Origin: Prevotella sp.
Lineage (GTDB): Bacteria; Bacteroidota; Bacteroidia; Bacteroidales; Dysgonomonadaceae
Reading direction: 5' to 3'
Length of the DNA stretch: 64,000 nucleotides
Assembly (NCBI GenBank): GCA_031285625.1
Contig: JAITVV010000093.1
Location: forward strand, 32,001 to 96,000
Part shown: piece after piece, positions 40,435 through 52,281 of the stretch
How positions within the stretch are numbered: position 1 is the stretch's first letter
How the letters are laid out: each line of letters starts with the position of its first letter
Notes under the pieces: model-generated
Told to the model about the DNA's origin: nothing
Databases searched by the model: none
What the model saw: the letters and a program-made list of their open reading frames with translations, nothing else
Program-made: the position numbers and the translations under genes

Positions 40435-41673
40435 ATGCGAAATTTACTTCTGTTCCTCTTTTTTACTGTATCCTTTTCGCAGGGATTATATTCACAATCC
40501 AAGCCCTCTCAGGAACCTATATTACTTAGTGATACAGCACAGATAAGCCTGCTAACCAGTTCTGCCTGGGAAGAAGCAGTATATGCATTATATGGTCATA
40601 CAGCTATTCGAGTGTGTGATACAACCCGTAATTTAGATATAGTGTTTAACTATGGGCTGTTCGATTTTAACAGCTCTAATTTTGTATTTCGTTTTGTGAA
40701 AGGCGATACAAATTATATGGTAGGTGCTGTTCAATATAAATACTATATAGAAGAGTATAGAGAGCGTGGGGTGGGAGTTACCGAACAAATATTCAATCTG
40801 AGTTTGAAGGAAAAACAAGATATACTGGATGCCTTAATAAATAATACTCTTCCAGAAAACCGGGTTTACCTCTATAATTTCTTTTATGATAATTGTGCTA
40901 CACGTCCACGCGATATAATCGAAAAATATGTACATGGTGAAATTGAATATACACCTACAAATAAGAGCCAGACTTATCGCGACTTGGTTTGGGAATGTGT
41001 AAGTATCCAGCCATGGACTCAATTTGGAATAGATTTGATCATTGGCGCTGATGCAGATAAAATAATTAGTGACAGACAAAAAGACTTTCTGCCATATTAT
41101 CTGATGAAAGCTTATGAAGGCAGCAAGGTGAAAAGTGCTGATGGTACAGTGCGTGACTTTATTTTAAAAGAAAACCGGCTTTTGACACCTGTTGAATCTC
41201 CTGATAAGGATTCGCATATTTTACCATTGTATGCTGGTTGTATTTTATTGGTAGTAACTGTTTTGTTATCACTTGTAGTATGGAAGAAAAAGTGGTTTGC
41301 TTTAGGCAAAGTATTTGACACCATACTATTCATTATAGCAGGATTAGCAGGATGTGTTATTTTCTTCCTGATGTTTTTTTCTATACATCCATGTGTTAAT
41401 CCAAACTGGAATATTATATGGTTAAATCCGCTCCAGTTGATCGTTGCATTTTTATTCTTTGTAAAATCTCTTTCAAAATTCATAAATTGTTATCATTTTA
41501 TTAACTTTGTGGCGCTTTTGGCATTTCTTTTGGCATGGAGTTTGATGCCACAACAATTAGAAATAGCTTTTATTCCTTTCATCTTATCTATATGTATGAG
41601 GTCAGGAATGAATATTTTGCAACTTAAAAAGTTTAAGAAAAAAGCTGATTATAGCTTACCAAAGCGAAAATGA
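40435..41673 (+). CDS. lnb: DUF4105 protein, probable Bacteroidetes lipoprotein N-acyltransferase Lnb
   Basis: YGHTAIR, FNYGLFDF, YNFFYDNCATR (His/Cys pair) plus C-terminal TMs. Order DUF4105-phosphatase-secA is as in Bacteroides. Confidence 0.75.
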   Translation: MRNLLLFLFFTVSFSQGLYSQSKPSQEPILLSDTAQISLLTSSAWEEAVYALYGHTAIRVCDTTRNLDIVFNYGLFDFNSSNFVFRFVKGDTNYMVGAVQYKYYIEEYRERGVGVTEQIFNLSLKEKQDILDALINNTLPENRVYLYNFFYDNCATRPRDIIEKYVHGEIEYTPTNKSQTYRDLVWECVSIQPWTQFGIDLIIGADADKIISDRQKDFLPYYLMKAYEGSKVKSADGTVRDFILKENRLLTPVESPDKDSHILPLYAGCILLVVTVLLSLVVWKKKWFALGKVFDTILFIIAGLAGCVIFFLMFFSIHPCVNPNWNIIWLNPLQLIVAFLFFVKSLSKFINCYHFINFVALLAFLLAWSLMPQQLEIAFIPFILSICMRSGMNILQLKKFKKKADYSLPKRK

Positions 41674-43262
41674 TAAGAATAATAACCTCTTTAGTAGCAG
41701 TACTAACCATTACATCGGTTCAGGCGCAGACAACTGTGCGTGAAGCACCTAAGTTGGTTATTGGTATTACTATCGACCAGTTGAGAGGTGATTATCTGGA
41801 ACTATTTCAAAGTACATTTTCTGAGAGAGGATTCAAGCGCCTTTTGAATGAAGGATTGGTTTATCAAAATATAAAATTTGATTTTCCAAACCTTGATGAT
41901 GCTTCGGCGATAGCAACTATTTATACGGGAGCACCTCCTTTTTATCATGGTATTGTCGGGAATAAAAAATATATAGCATCTAAACAACAGGAAGTTTCGG
42001 CATTCTCCGATCCCACGTATTTGGGTAATTATACAGAAGATAAGGTATCTCCTTTAGCTCTGAAAACATCTACAATTACAGATGAACTTAAAATTGCATC
42101 ACAGGGTAATTCAGATGTTTATGCCTTTGCTCCACAAGTAGCTCAATCTCTTATTACTGCAGGACAAAGAGGAAATGCAGCTTTCTGGGTTGATGACTAT
42201 ACTGGTAAATGGGCTTCCACTACCTATTATAAAAACTTCTACTGGTCAGTAGATCAGGATAATCGCAGTGGTTCTGACTTCGCTACCAAAGCATGGGGAA
42301 TGCAATGGGTACCTTCACAAGATATAAATACTTATAAGGCATTTTCATATACCAAAAGTGCTCCTTCTTTCCAGCATTTCATGGGAGGAGACAAGCAAAC
42401 ATATATTCTGGCCAAACAGACACCTGCCGTTAATGAGAATGTTATAAATTCAGCAATAACGTTATTATCTAAAGCCGAATTAGGAAAGCGGACAAATCCT
42501 GATTTTTTGTCACTGACATTTTATGCAGGCAACTTTCCGGGTGTTTCCGATTACTCTTACGAGATACAGGATGTTTATGTACGTTTAGACAAAGAAATTG
42601 AAAAATTACTGGATGAAGTAGAAAAAACAGTCGGCCTGAAAAATACACTGATTTTCGTTACTTCAACAGGATATTATAATTCTGCAGATATAAATTCGAC
42701 TGAATCGGACAATTCGAATATACCTGTCAATAAATTCTTTATAAATCGTTGTGAGGCTCTTCTTAACATGTATCTGATGGCGATATATGGCAGAGAAAAC
42801 CAATGGGTTGATAAGTTTTATAATGGGCAAGTATACTTGAACAGGGAATTAATAAAGAATAAAAATATATCGTTACAGGAAATTCAGGATAAAGCCGCAG
42901 AGTTTGTTTCTGAATTTACAGGTGTTCAAGAGGTATATACCTCATTCCAGCTACAACATGGACAGTGGAATCCTGTAATGGAGTACTATAAGAACGGATA
43001 CACTAAAGAAACCTCTGGTGACTTATTTGTAGAACTTCAGCCGGGGTATAAGATTGTAAACGAGCCGGATGCTTCATTTAAAGAAAAGCAGGTCAGAAAC
43101 AATGCAGTTGTTGCTCCTGTTATATTCTTTGGTAATAATATAAAGCCGGTTAGGATAAAGAGGACAATAAAAGCTACCGAAATAGCGCCTACAGTGGCCT
43201 ATATTATGCGTATAAGGTCTCCCAATGCTGCAAAAGAAGAACCTTTATCAGAATTACTTTAG
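41670..43262 (+). CDS. Alkaline phosphatase superfamily (PafA-like) protein with a degenerate active site
   Basis: PKLVIGITIDQLRGDYL, GFKRLLNEG, YVRLDKEI, IAPTVAY...PNA. Confidence 0.85.
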   Translation: MIRIITSLVAVLTITSVQAQTTVREAPKLVIGITIDQLRGDYLELFQSTFSERGFKRLLNEGLVYQNIKFDFPNLDDASAIATIYTGAPPFYHGIVGNKKYIASKQQEVSAFSDPTYLGNYTEDKVSPLALKTSTITDELKIASQGNSDVYAFAPQVAQSLITAGQRGNAAFWVDDYTGKWASTTYYKNFYWSVDQDNRSGSDFATKAWGMQWVPSQDINTYKAFSYTKSAPSFQHFMGGDKQTYILAKQTPAVNENVINSAITLLSKAELGKRTNPDFLSLTFYAGNFPGVSDYSYEIQDVYVRLDKEIEKLLDEVEKTVGLKNTLIFVTSTGYYNSADINSTESDNSNIPVNKFFINRCEALLNMYLMAIYGRENQWVDKFYNGQVYLNRELIKNKNISLQEIQDKAAEFVSEFTGVQEVYTSFQLQHGQWNPVMEYYKNGYTKETSGDLFVELQPGYKIVNEPDASFKEKQVRNNAVVAPVIFFGNNIKPVRIKRTIKATEIAPTVAYIMRIRSPNAAKEEPLSELL

Positions 43263-43309
43263 GAGACATTGAACAAATAATTAAATAGAAAAATAAACAA
43301 ACTAAATAT

Positions 43310-46300
43310 ATGGGATTCGCTGACATTTTAACATCATTATTCGGAAACAAGGCTCAACGAGACTTGAAAGAAATAACTCCGTATGTAGATCGTATTAAAG
43401 CAGTATACCCTGAAATACAACGTCTGTCACATGATGAACTGCGTGCTAAAACAGCAGAAATCAGACAGCAAGTTCAGGATTACGTTGCCACAGAAAAAGC
43501 TAAAATTGCTGAATTGAAAGCCAGTGTGGAAACATTGGATATAGATCAGCGTGAAGAAATATGGGCAGAAGTTGATAAGCTGGAAAAGGAGGTAACAGAA
43601 AAATATGAAGAAGTATTGGAAAAAGTACTTCCTGAAGCATTTTCTGTTGTCAAAGAAACTGCCCGTCGTTTAACAGAAAACGAAGAAATAGAAGTTCTTG
43701 CGACAGAATTTGACAAGGAATTAGCTGAGACACACGACTTTGTTCGCATTGAAGGTGATAAAGCTATTTATCAAAATCATTGGGTCGCAGGAGGTACAGA
43801 AATACAATGGAATATGGTCCATTATGATGTACAGCTATTTGGTGGGGTCGTATTGCATAAGGGTAAAATAGCCGAAATGGCAACAGGTGAAGGTAAAACA
43901 TTGGTTGGAACTTTACCTGTATTTCTAAACGCTCTCACAGGAAATGGCGTTCATGTTGTAACCGTGAATGATTACCTGGCAAAACGTGACTCGGAGTGGA
44001 TGGGACCTATCTATATGTTCAATGGATTATCTGTTGATTGTATCGATAAACATCAACCTAATTCGGAAGGTCGTCGTAAGGCATATCAGGCAGATATCAC
44101 TTTTGGTACAAATAATGAGTTTGGGTTCGACTATCTGCGTGACAATATGGCAATCAATCCTTCCGATCTTGTACAGCGCAAGCATAATTATGCAATTGTC
44201 GACGAGGTTGACTCTGTATTGATTGATGATGCCCGTACACCATTGATTATATCAGGTCCGATACCTAGAGGAGAACAACAACTGTTTGAAGAGTTTCGCC
44301 CCCGTGTAGAGATTATAGTAAAAGCTCAGAGAGATCTATGTACTAGGTTATTAGCGGAAGCAAAAGCAAAAATGGCTTCGGATGATAAGAAAGAACAAGA
44401 AGAAGGATCACTGTTACTATATCGCTCATTTAAGGGCTTACCTAAAAACAAGCCACTCATCAAATTCCTGAGTGAATCGGGAATTAAAGCCTCAATGTTG
44501 AAAACCGAGGAGCATTATATGGCAGAACAAAGCCGTAATATGCATATCGTTACAGATGAATTGTATTTCGTTATTGATGAGAAAAATAATAGCATAGAAC
44601 TTACAGATAAGGGTATAGACCTGTTGACGGGTAACTCTGATGACCCTCAGTTCTTCGTTTTACCAGATATAGGTGCATTACTTTCAGATCTTGAAAATCA
44701 GTCGTTGACAGATAGTCAAAAAGCTGAAAAGAAAGATGAATTGATGCAGAACTATTCTATTAAATCTGAACGTGTTCATACAGTGAATCAGTTACTTAAA
44801 GCATATGCATTGTTTGATAAAGACGATGAATATGTTGTGATTGACAATAAGGTAATGATTGTAGACGAGCAGACCGGCCGTATTATGGATGGTCGCCGTT
44901 ATTCAGATGGATTACACCAGGCTATTGAAGCAAAAGAGCGTGTGAAAGTAGAAGCTGCTACACAGACATTTGCAACCATTACTTTGCAGAATTATTTCCG
45001 TATGTATCACAAACTTTCGGGTATGACAGGTACGGCTGAAACGGAAGCAGGCGAATTGTGGAATATCTATAAACTAGATGTAGTTGTTATTCCTACTAAT
45101 AAGCCAATTGCGCGTAATGATATGAACGACCGCATATATAAGACTAAGCGTGAAAAATATACTGCGGTTATACAAGAAATAGAAAAGCTGGTAGCAGAAG
45201 GACGTGCAGTACTTGTAGGTACAACTTCCGTTGAAATATCTGAGTTGCTTGGTAAAATGCTTACCATGCGTAAGATCAAACATAATGTATTGAATGCCAA
45301 GTTGCATCAGCGTGAAGCTGAAGTTGTTGCCCTTGCCGGACAACCAGGTGCAGTAACCATTGCAACCAATATGGCTGGTCGTGGTACCGACATTAAGTTG
45401 GCTCCTAGCGTTAAGGAAGCCGGAGGTTTGGCTATCATTGGTACAGAAAGACATGAGTCTCGTCGTGTAGACCGTCAGTTACGTGGTCGTGCAGGGCGTC
45501 AGGGAGACCCGGGATCTTCTGTATTCTATATATCATTAGAAGACGATTTGATGCGTTTATTTGCATCGGAACGTATCGCTGGTATGATGGACCGTATGGG
45601 CTTCAAAGAAGGCGAAATGCTTGAGCACAATATGCTTAGCAAGTCTGTAGAGAGAGCTCAGAAGAAAGTTGAAGAAAATAACTTCGGTATCCGCAAGCGC
45701 TTGCTGGAATACGATGATGTGATGAACTCTCAGCGTGAAGTTGTATACAAACGTCGCCGCCATGCTTTGATGGGTGAGCGTATTGGAATCGACATTGTAA
45801 ATATGTTCTATGATACGGCTGTGAGTCTGGCTGAACAATATAGTGATAGTCTTGATTATGAAGGATTAAAAATCGACATGCTTAGATTATTTGCCGTTGA
45901 AACACCGTTTGATGAAGCTACATTCCGTTCAACTAAGCCTGAAACGCTGGCTGATATGATGTATGAATCGGCTGTTCAGAATTTCAAACAAAAAATGGAT
46001 CGTCTGGCAGAAATCGCTAATCCGGTAATTAAACAGGTTTATGAAGAACAAGGTGATAAATTTGAAAATATATTAATTCCTATTTCTGACGGAAGAAGGG
46101 TTTATAATATCTCTTGTAATCTGAAAGAAGCATATGACAGCCACTCAAAGGATATTATTAAGTCTTTTGAAAAAGCAATAATGTTACACACTATAGATGA
46201 AGAGTGGAAAGAACATCTTCGTGGAATGGACGAATTGCGTCAATCTGTACAGAATGCCAGCTATGAGCAAAAAGATCCGTTATTGATTTATAAGCTGGAA

Positions 46301-46615
46301 TCTTTCAATCTGTTTAAAACAATGCTTAACAGCATTAATAATAAAGCGGTTACGATCCTTATGCGTGGCCAGATACCAGTGCGTGAACCTGAACAGGTGA
46401 AACAGGCAGCTCCAGAGCAAAAAACAGATTATAGCCGTTACCGTACCGAACGTAATGATATGGAGCCTAATCCACAACAACAAACTCCGGGACAAGGACC
46501 AGAAAGACCAAAAGCTATGGCTCCGATCCATGTAGATAAAAAACCAGGAAGAAATGACCCTTGTTTCTGTGGTAGTGGCAAGAAATATAAAAACTGTCAT
46601 GGTCAAAATGACTAA
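43310..46615 (+). CDS. secA: Preprotein translocase subunit SecA
   Basis: [56 protein letters not shown] motif [18 protein letters not shown]. Confidence 0.99.
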   Translation: MGFADILTSLFGNKAQRDLKEITPYVDRIKAVYPEIQRLSHDELRAKTAEIRQQVQDYVATEKAKIAELKASVETLDIDQREEIWAEVDKLEKEVTEKYEEVLEKVLPEAFSVVKETARRLTENEEIEVLATEFDKELAETHDFVRIEGDKAIYQNHWVAGGTEIQWNMVHYDVQLFGGVVLHKGKIAEMATGEGKTLVGTLPVFLNALTGNGVHVVTVNDYLAKRDSEWMGPIYMFNGLSVDCIDKHQPNSEGRRKAYQADITFGTNNEFGFDYLRDNMAINPSDLVQRKHNYAIVDEVDSVLIDDARTPLIISGPIPRGEQQLFEEFRPRVEIIVKAQRDLCTRLLAEAKAKMASDDKKEQEEGSLLLYRSFKGLPKNKPLIKFLSESGIKASMLKTEEHYMAEQSRNMHIVTDELYFVIDEKNNSIELTDKGIDLLTGNSDDPQFFVLPDIGALLSDLENQSLTDSQKAEKKDELMQNYSIKSERVHTVNQLLKAYALFDKDDEYVVIDNKVMIVDEQTGRIMDGRRYSDGLHQAIEAKERVKVEAATQTFATITLQNYFRMYHKLSGMTGTAETEAGELWNIYKLDVVVIPTNKPIARNDMNDRIYKTKREKYTAVIQEIEKLVAEGRAVLVGTTSVEISELLGKMLTMRKIKHNVLNAKLHQREAEVVALAGQPGAVTIATNMAGRGTDIKLAPSVKEAGGLAIIGTERHESRRVDRQLRGRAGRQGDPGSSVFYISLEDDLMRLFASERIAGMMDRMGFKEGEMLEHNMLSKSVERAQKKVEENNFGIRKRLLEYDDVMNSQREVVYKRRRHALMGERIGIDIVNMFYDTAVSLAEQYSDSLDYEGLKIDMLRLFAVETPFDEATFRSTKPETLADMMYESAVQNFKQKMDRLAEIANPVIKQVYEEQGDKFENILIPISDGRRVYNISCNLKEAYDSHSKDIIKSFEKAIMLHTIDEEWKEHLRGMDELRQSVQNASYEQKDPLLIYKLESFNLFKTMLNSINNKAVTILMRGQIPVREPEQVKQAAPEQKTDYSRYRTERNDMEPNPQQQTPGQGPERPKAMAPIHVDKKPGRNDPCFCGSGKKYKNCHGQND

Positions 46616-46707
46616 TTATTAGTAAATTCCAGAATCAGAAGTATTTTGTAAAAGCAGATTGTTTTTCAATTTACACATTCTAAAAATTTCTAATTTTAAA
46701 ATTTAAG

Positions 46708-46743
46708 AAAGCCCGATGAATACTAAATTTGTGGGGCTTTTTT
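46708..46743 (+). terminator. Terminator after secA
   Basis: AAAGCCC...GGGCTTT stem followed by a T run. Confidence 0.65.
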
Positions 46744-46866
46744 GCGTTATAATATTTTCTTAATACAAACTAAATTTGTATCTTAGCATGTTTTTTAATT
46801 AACAGAAAAACTGCGTAAAAATACTTTGCAAATATTTGAGAATTAGTAAAATTTTAACTTAAGATA

Positions 46867-49455
46867 ATGGCAGAATCAGAGGACAGAATTATCAAGATCA
46901 ACATCGAGGATGAAATGAAGTCGGCATACATCGACTATTCCATGTCAGTAATTGTATCACGTGCATTACCCGATGTAAGAGATGGTTTTAAACCTGTTCA
47001 CCGTCGTATCCTTTTTGGGATGAGTGAATTAGGAAATGCATCGAATAAACCCCACAAAAAATCCGCGAGAATCGTAGGGGAGGTTTTAGGTAAATATCAC
47101 CCACATGGCGATTCTTCTGTTTATTTTGCAATGGTGCGTATGGCTCAGGAGTGGAGTATGCGTTATCTTTTGGTAGACGGACAAGGTAATATGGGTAGTG
47201 TAGACGGTGATAGTCCTGCGGCTATGCGTTATACCGAGGCCAGATTAAGCCGTTTGGCCGAAGAAATGCTAAAAGATATTGATAAAGAAACTGTAGACTT
47301 CCAACTTAACTTTGACGATACATTGAAGGAACCGACAGTTCTTCCAACACGTATTCCAAATTTACTTATAAACGGAGCATCGGGTATTGCTGTAGGTATG
47401 GCAACCAATATGGCTCCTCACAATATGACAGAAGTTATCAATGCTACTATTGCTTATATTGATAACAAAGAAATTGACACAGAAGGTCTGATGCAACATG
47501 TAAAGGCTCCCGATTTCCCATCAGGTGGCTTTATTTACGGATATCAGGGTGTAAGGGATGCTTTTGAAACAGGACGCGGACGTGTTGTTATGCGTGGACG
47601 TGCTGAAATAGAAATGGAAGGTAACCACGAAAAGATCGTGATCACTGAAATTCCATATCTGGTTAATAAGGCTGAGCTAATAAAACATATTGCTGATCTG
47701 GTAGGTGAGAAAAGACTTGAGGGTATCAGCAATGTCAATGATGAATCAGACCGTCAGGGAATGCGCATTGTAGTGGATATTAAGCGTGATGCAAATGCAA
47801 ATGTTGTACTTAATAAATTATATAAATTAACAGCATTACAATCTTCATTCAGTGTAAACAATATTGCACTGGTAAAAGGGCGCCCTCGCACTCTCAATCT
47901 TAAAGATATGATCTTTTACTTTGTAGAGCACAGGGTGGATGTTGTTATTCGCAGAGCTATTTACGATCTGCGTAAAGCAGAAGAACGTGCACATATTCTG
48001 GAAGGATTAATAATTGCTTCTGATAATATAGATGAAGTGATTGCTATAATCCGGGGATCCAAATCCCCACAGGAAGCCATAGAAGCTTTGATTAAAAGAT
48101 TTGATCTTACTGAAATACAATCCCGTGCGATTGTAGAGATGCGTCTTCGCCAGTTGACAGGGCTGGAACAAGATAAGCTGCGCAATGAATACGACGAAAT
48201 ACAAAAATTAATAGCTTATTTGAATGAAATTCTTTCAAATGAAGAACTTCGTATGCAGGTTATTAAAGATGAGCTTGTTGAGATAAGAGATAAATATGGC
48301 GATGAACGTCGTACCGAAATTGTATATGCATCAGAAGAACTTAATCCTGAAGATTTCTATTCAAATGATGAGATGATCATTACAGTCTCTCATTTAGGCT
48401 ATATTAAGCGTACCCCATTAACTGAGTTTAGAGCTCAACATAGAGGTGGAGTAGGGGCTAAGGGCTCTGAAACCCGTGATACAGACTTTATTGAGCATAT
48501 CTATCCGGCCTCGATGCACAATTATATATTACTATTTACCCAAAAAGGTAAGTGTTACTGGTTACGTGTATTCGATATTCCTGAAGGTACAAAAAATTCA
48601 AAAGGAAGAGCAATTCAAAATCTATTGAATATAGATTCGGATGACAAAGTGACAGCATTTATCCGTGTCAGAGGTTTTAGTGATACAGATTTCATCAATA
48701 GTCATTATCTGATATTCTGTACAAAACAAGGTGTTATCAAGAAAACAAGTCTTGAGGCATATTCCCGTCCTCGTCAGAATGGCGTGAATGCTATTACCAT
48801 CCGCGAAGATGACAAAGTTATCGAAGTATTGATGACTGATGGAGACAGCGAAATTCTTTTAGCAAACCGTAACGGACGTGCTATCCGTTTCAATGAAAAG
48901 GATGTTCGTGTAATGGGACGTACAGCTACTGGAGTTCGCGGTATGCGTATCGATGAAGATGGCCAGGATGAAGTAATTGGTATGTTGGCAATGTCTAAAG
49001 AAGCTCAGAAAACAGAAACAATCATGGTGGTATCTGAGCAGGGATATGGTAAACGTACAAATCTGAATGAAAAAGACGAAGAAGGAAACGAAATATTAGA
49101 TGAAAACGGAGAAATTATTCCTGTTTACCGTATAACCAGCAGAGGAGGTAAAGGTGTTAAAACACTGAATATTACAGACAAGACAGGTAAATTGGTCTCT
49201 ATAAATAGTGTGACAGATGAAAACGATTTAATGATAATTAACAAGTCAGGTATCACAATTCGTCTAAAAGTTTCAGATATTCGCACTATGGGAAGAGCCA
49301 CACAAGGGGTCAGACTCATAAACTTAGGCAAACGAAACGACGAAATAGCATCAATATGTAAAGTAGAATCTGAAAATGACGTTGAAGAACCGATTGAAGA
49401 TACAGATTTGGAAAATGGTGCTGCTGAGAGCAATAATGAAGAAATCAATAACTAG
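46867..49455 (+). CDS. gyrA: DNA gyrase subunit A
   Basis: [32 protein letters not shown], GyrA-box QHRGGVG. Confidence 0.99.
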   Translation: MAESEDRIIKINIEDEMKSAYIDYSMSVIVSRALPDVRDGFKPVHRRILFGMSELGNASNKPHKKSARIVGEVLGKYHPHGDSSVYFAMVRMAQEWSMRYLLVDGQGNMGSVDGDSPAAMRYTEARLSRLAEEMLKDIDKETVDFQLNFDDTLKEPTVLPTRIPNLLINGASGIAVGMATNMAPHNMTEVINATIAYIDNKEIDTEGLMQHVKAPDFPSGGFIYGYQGVRDAFETGRGRVVMRGRAEIEMEGNHEKIVITEIPYLVNKAELIKHIADLVGEKRLEGISNVNDESDRQGMRIVVDIKRDANANVVLNKLYKLTALQSSFSVNNIALVKGRPRTLNLKDMIFYFVEHRVDVVIRRAIYDLRKAEERAHILEGLIIASDNIDEVIAIIRGSKSPQEAIEALIKRFDLTEIQSRAIVEMRLRQLTGLEQDKLRNEYDEIQKLIAYLNEILSNEELRMQVIKDELVEIRDKYGDERRTEIVYASEELNPEDFYSNDEMIITVSHLGYIKRTPLTEFRAQHRGGVGAKGSETRDTDFIEHIYPASMHNYILLFTQKGKCYWLRVFDIPEGTKNSKGRAIQNLLNIDSDDKVTAFIRVRGFSDTDFINSHYLIFCTKQGVIKKTSLEAYSRPRQNGVNAITIREDDKVIEVLMTDGDSEILLANRNGRAIRFNEKDVRVMGRTATGVRGMRIDEDGQDEVIGMLAMSKEAQKTETIMVVSEQGYGKRTNLNEKDEEGNEILDENGEIIPVYRITSRGGKGVKTLNITDKTGKLVSINSVTDENDLMIINKSGITIRLKVSDIRTMGRATQGVRLINLGKRNDEIASICKVESENDVEEPIEDTDLENGAAESNNEEINN

Positions 49456-49478
49456 AATATGAACTAAATCAATAATTT

Positions 49479-50771
49479 ATGAAACGAACTTTATTAGTAA
49501 TAACATTATGTGCTTTTGCAGGCTTCTCTTTTGCTCAGAAAAAAGCAGTAAAAGATGCTAAGTCAGCAATGAAGAATGTTGATGAAGCAAGAGAATTGAT
49601 TAAGCCCGCACTTACAAACCCTGAAACCTCACAAGACCCTGAAACATGGAAAGTAGCAGGAGATATTGAATATAAAGCATTTGATGATGAACGTACATTG
49701 GAAATGCAAAAAGAAATTACAGGTAAGGGAGGTAATGAAGAAAAAATGTATATCGGATTATATAACATGTACGATCCATATATCAAAGCTGATGAACTAG
49801 GCCAAATGCCGAATGAAAAAGGTCAGGTAAAGAATAAAGTTAGAAAAGATGTAGTAAAGAATATGAGAGATGGCCACAGATTTTATATTAATGGTGGTGT
49901 ATTCTATAATGACAAGCAGGATTATAAGAGAGCTGCCGATTTCTTTGAGAGATATTGGGAACTTCCTACATTAGCTATGTTTGAAGATACAAGAGGCGAT
50001 TTTAACACTCAGGACAGTATTTACCAAACAATTAAATATTATGCTGTTATCAGCTCTATTCAATCTAAAGACCATCCTCGTTCTATCAAATTATTGAAGA
50101 AGATCATTTCTGAACCTTATGTATCAAACAGCACATATAAAGAAAGCGATGTGTATGAATTATTAGCAAGTGAATATCAGCAAGTTGATGATAGTTTAGC
50201 TTATGTTCAGGCATTGAACGAAGGTGCAAGAAAATTCCCTGGTAACAAATATTTTACACCAAACTTGATTAATGAGTTTATCAGAGGTGGAAAAACCGGA
50301 GAAGCAATGGCATACCTAGATCAGGCAATTGCTAATGATCCAAGCAACACTTGTGAGTTGATGGGAGTAAAGGCTTCATTATTAGCTGAACAAAAAGATT
50401 ATGCTGGAGCCGAACCTGCATACCAACAAGCTGTTGCTGCTGATGCAAACTGCGAAAAAGCTCTTGAAGGTTTAGGTGTATTATACATATTACAAGCACA
50501 GGATCTTAAAGAAAAAGCTGGACAAACAACAAGCAGAAGCGAGCAGGCTCAGTTTGATAAACAAACATCAGAATTTTATCAAAAGTCATTACCATATCTT
50601 GAAAAATACAGAGATTTGTTGAAAGGTAGAAATGCTGATTTTGATATGGAGATCAAACCGGCTTTGATGAAATTACAGAATGTATATTACAACTTAAGCT
50701 TGTTGAATGTAGATAAATCTAAAGAATACGAAGCAGTTCAAAAAGAGCTGGGTATTTCTGACAATCAATAA
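49479..50771 (+). CDS. Exported tetratricopeptide-repeat protein
   Basis: Signal peptide (AFAGFSFAQKK) and TPR-like helices (AMAYLDQAIANDP, AEPAYQQAVAAD). Usual gyrA neighbour in Bacteroidales. Confidence 0.85.
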   Translation: MKRTLLVITLCAFAGFSFAQKKAVKDAKSAMKNVDEARELIKPALTNPETSQDPETWKVAGDIEYKAFDDERTLEMQKEITGKGGNEEKMYIGLYNMYDPYIKADELGQMPNEKGQVKNKVRKDVVKNMRDGHRFYINGGVFYNDKQDYKRAADFFERYWELPTLAMFEDTRGDFNTQDSIYQTIKYYAVISSIQSKDHPRSIKLLKKIISEPYVSNSTYKESDVYELLASEYQQVDDSLAYVQALNEGARKFPGNKYFTPNLINEFIRGGKTGEAMAYLDQAIANDPSNTCELMGVKASLLAEQKDYAGAEPAYQQAVAADANCEKALEGLGVLYILQAQDLKEKAGQTTSRSEQAQFDKQTSEFYQKSLPYLEKYRDLLKGRNADFDMEIKPALMKLQNVYYNLSLLNVDKSKEYEAVQKELGISDNQ

Positions 50772-50793
50772 TATAAAAAAATTATTATAGGAT

Positions 50794-50828
50794 AGACGTC
50801 TGAAGTTTGTTACTTCAGACGTTTTTTT
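50794..50828 (+). terminator. Intrinsic terminator
   Basis: GACGTCTGAAGT-TTGTT-ACTTCAGACGTT followed by a T run. Confidence 0.85.
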
Positions 50829-50981
50829 GTATATTGTTTATAGAATTTTTACGATTGTCCGGGAGATTAAAAGTAAGTGAAACCTTATTTCTTTTTGTTA
50901 AATTATACAGTAATCATCTTATTATATAAGAATTGTTTTTAGTAAATTTGTTAGAAAGAGATATATTAAACTGTAATAGAT

Positions 50982-52091
50982 ATGAAAGATAATAATGAAC
51001 TAATTACCATAGCTATTCACACAACTGAAAAAGCTCATATACTTAAGCAGGTTCTTAAAGAAAAGGGCATCGAAGCCTTTCTAGTAGATATAGAAGAAGG
51101 TGACAATTCCTCTAAAGGATTGGCCGTAAGGATAAAGCAATCAGATCTTACCAGAGCCTTATCTGTGATTGAGGGTGCCAGGTTATTCAGATATGATGAT
51201 GAACAGACTCAAAAAATGGATGACGGGCGCAAGAGAATACTGGTTGCTGTCGATTTCTCAGATTATTCGATAAAAGCATGTCGTGCAGCTTTCCTTGTAG
51301 CACACCAAATAAATGCTAAGGTGAAAATATTGCACGTATACAGAGTTCATTTTCCTATAACTTTCCCTTTTGCTGATTCTCCGGAGAATGATAAAGAAGA
51401 TGTTTTATCAGTTGCAAGAAGAAGAATGTTGGATTTCTGTTATGAAATAGATAAAAGAATAATAGAAAAAGACTTTCCATCAGTAAATTATTCTTATTCT
51501 CTTAGAGAAGGCATTGTTGAAGAAGAAATTGAGAATTTTATAGAAGAATATAAACCTTTCATTCTTGTTTTGGGAAGAAAAGGATTGAGTAACAACAAAC
51601 GGAATATAATGGGGAATGTTACAGCTGATATCATTGAGATGACCAATGTTCCTGTGATGGTTGTGCCTGAGAATTCTAAATTTAAAGATATTTCAGCAAT
51701 TAAGCATATTGCTTTCCTTACCAACTTTCAAAAAAGGGATTTAGAGTCATTTGATCATTTAGTGAATATATTGAGGCCATATCCAGATATGAAAGTTACT
51801 TTATTGCATGTAAATGTTATTAGTAAAAAAGGTGAAAAATGGAAAGAATCGGAACTATTGGAGATGCAAAAATATTTTAATATGAAATATCCTGAATTTA
51901 ATATTGGCTATAAATTGATCGACAGCCCGAATATGATAGAAACGATAAACAATTTTATTAAAGAAGAAAATGTCAATATCGTTTCTCTAAATACACGTAG
52001 GAGAAATTTATTCGGAAGAATATTTCTTCCTAGCATTTCCCGCAAAGTTTTAAGTGAGTCTGATGTCACTTTAGTTATCTTCAGAGGATAA
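50982..52091 (+). CDS. Universal stress protein (tandem USP domains with N-terminal extension)
   Basis: RILVAVDFSDYS, LHVY, LVLGRKG...MGNVTADIIEMTNVPVMVVP. Confidence 0.9.
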   Translation: MKDNNELITIAIHTTEKAHILKQVLKEKGIEAFLVDIEEGDNSSKGLAVRIKQSDLTRALSVIEGARLFRYDDEQTQKMDDGRKRILVAVDFSDYSIKACRAAFLVAHQINAKVKILHVYRVHFPITFPFADSPENDKEDVLSVARRRMLDFCYEIDKRIIEKDFPSVNYSYSLREGIVEEEIENFIEEYKPFILVLGRKGLSNNKRNIMGNVTADIIEMTNVPVMVVPENSKFKDISAIKHIAFLTNFQKRDLESFDHLVNILRPYPDMKVTLLHVNVISKKGEKWKESELLEMQKYFNMKYPEFNIGYKLIDSPNMIETINNFIKEENVNIVSLNTRRRNLFGRIFLPSISRKVLSESDVTLVIFRG

Positions 52092-52281
52092 TTCTTTATT
52101 GCCTGATCCTTCTGTTTGGTTCAGGCAATATTTTTATCATATATCTGTTATATAATTACTATTATGTTTAATTATTCTTTTGAACTTAATTTGATTCATC
52201 AAAATTGACTTATAAAGCTCCTATTTTTTACTATATTTACACTTTAAATAAAAAGTCTACTTATACTCAAAAATAGAATTC

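Noticed and set aside
47089-47135. GyrA quinolone-resistance region HGDSSVYF
   Set aside because: Ser is retained at the Ser83-equivalent position and Phe at the 87-equivalent is usual in Bacteroidales; no sign of acquired resistance.
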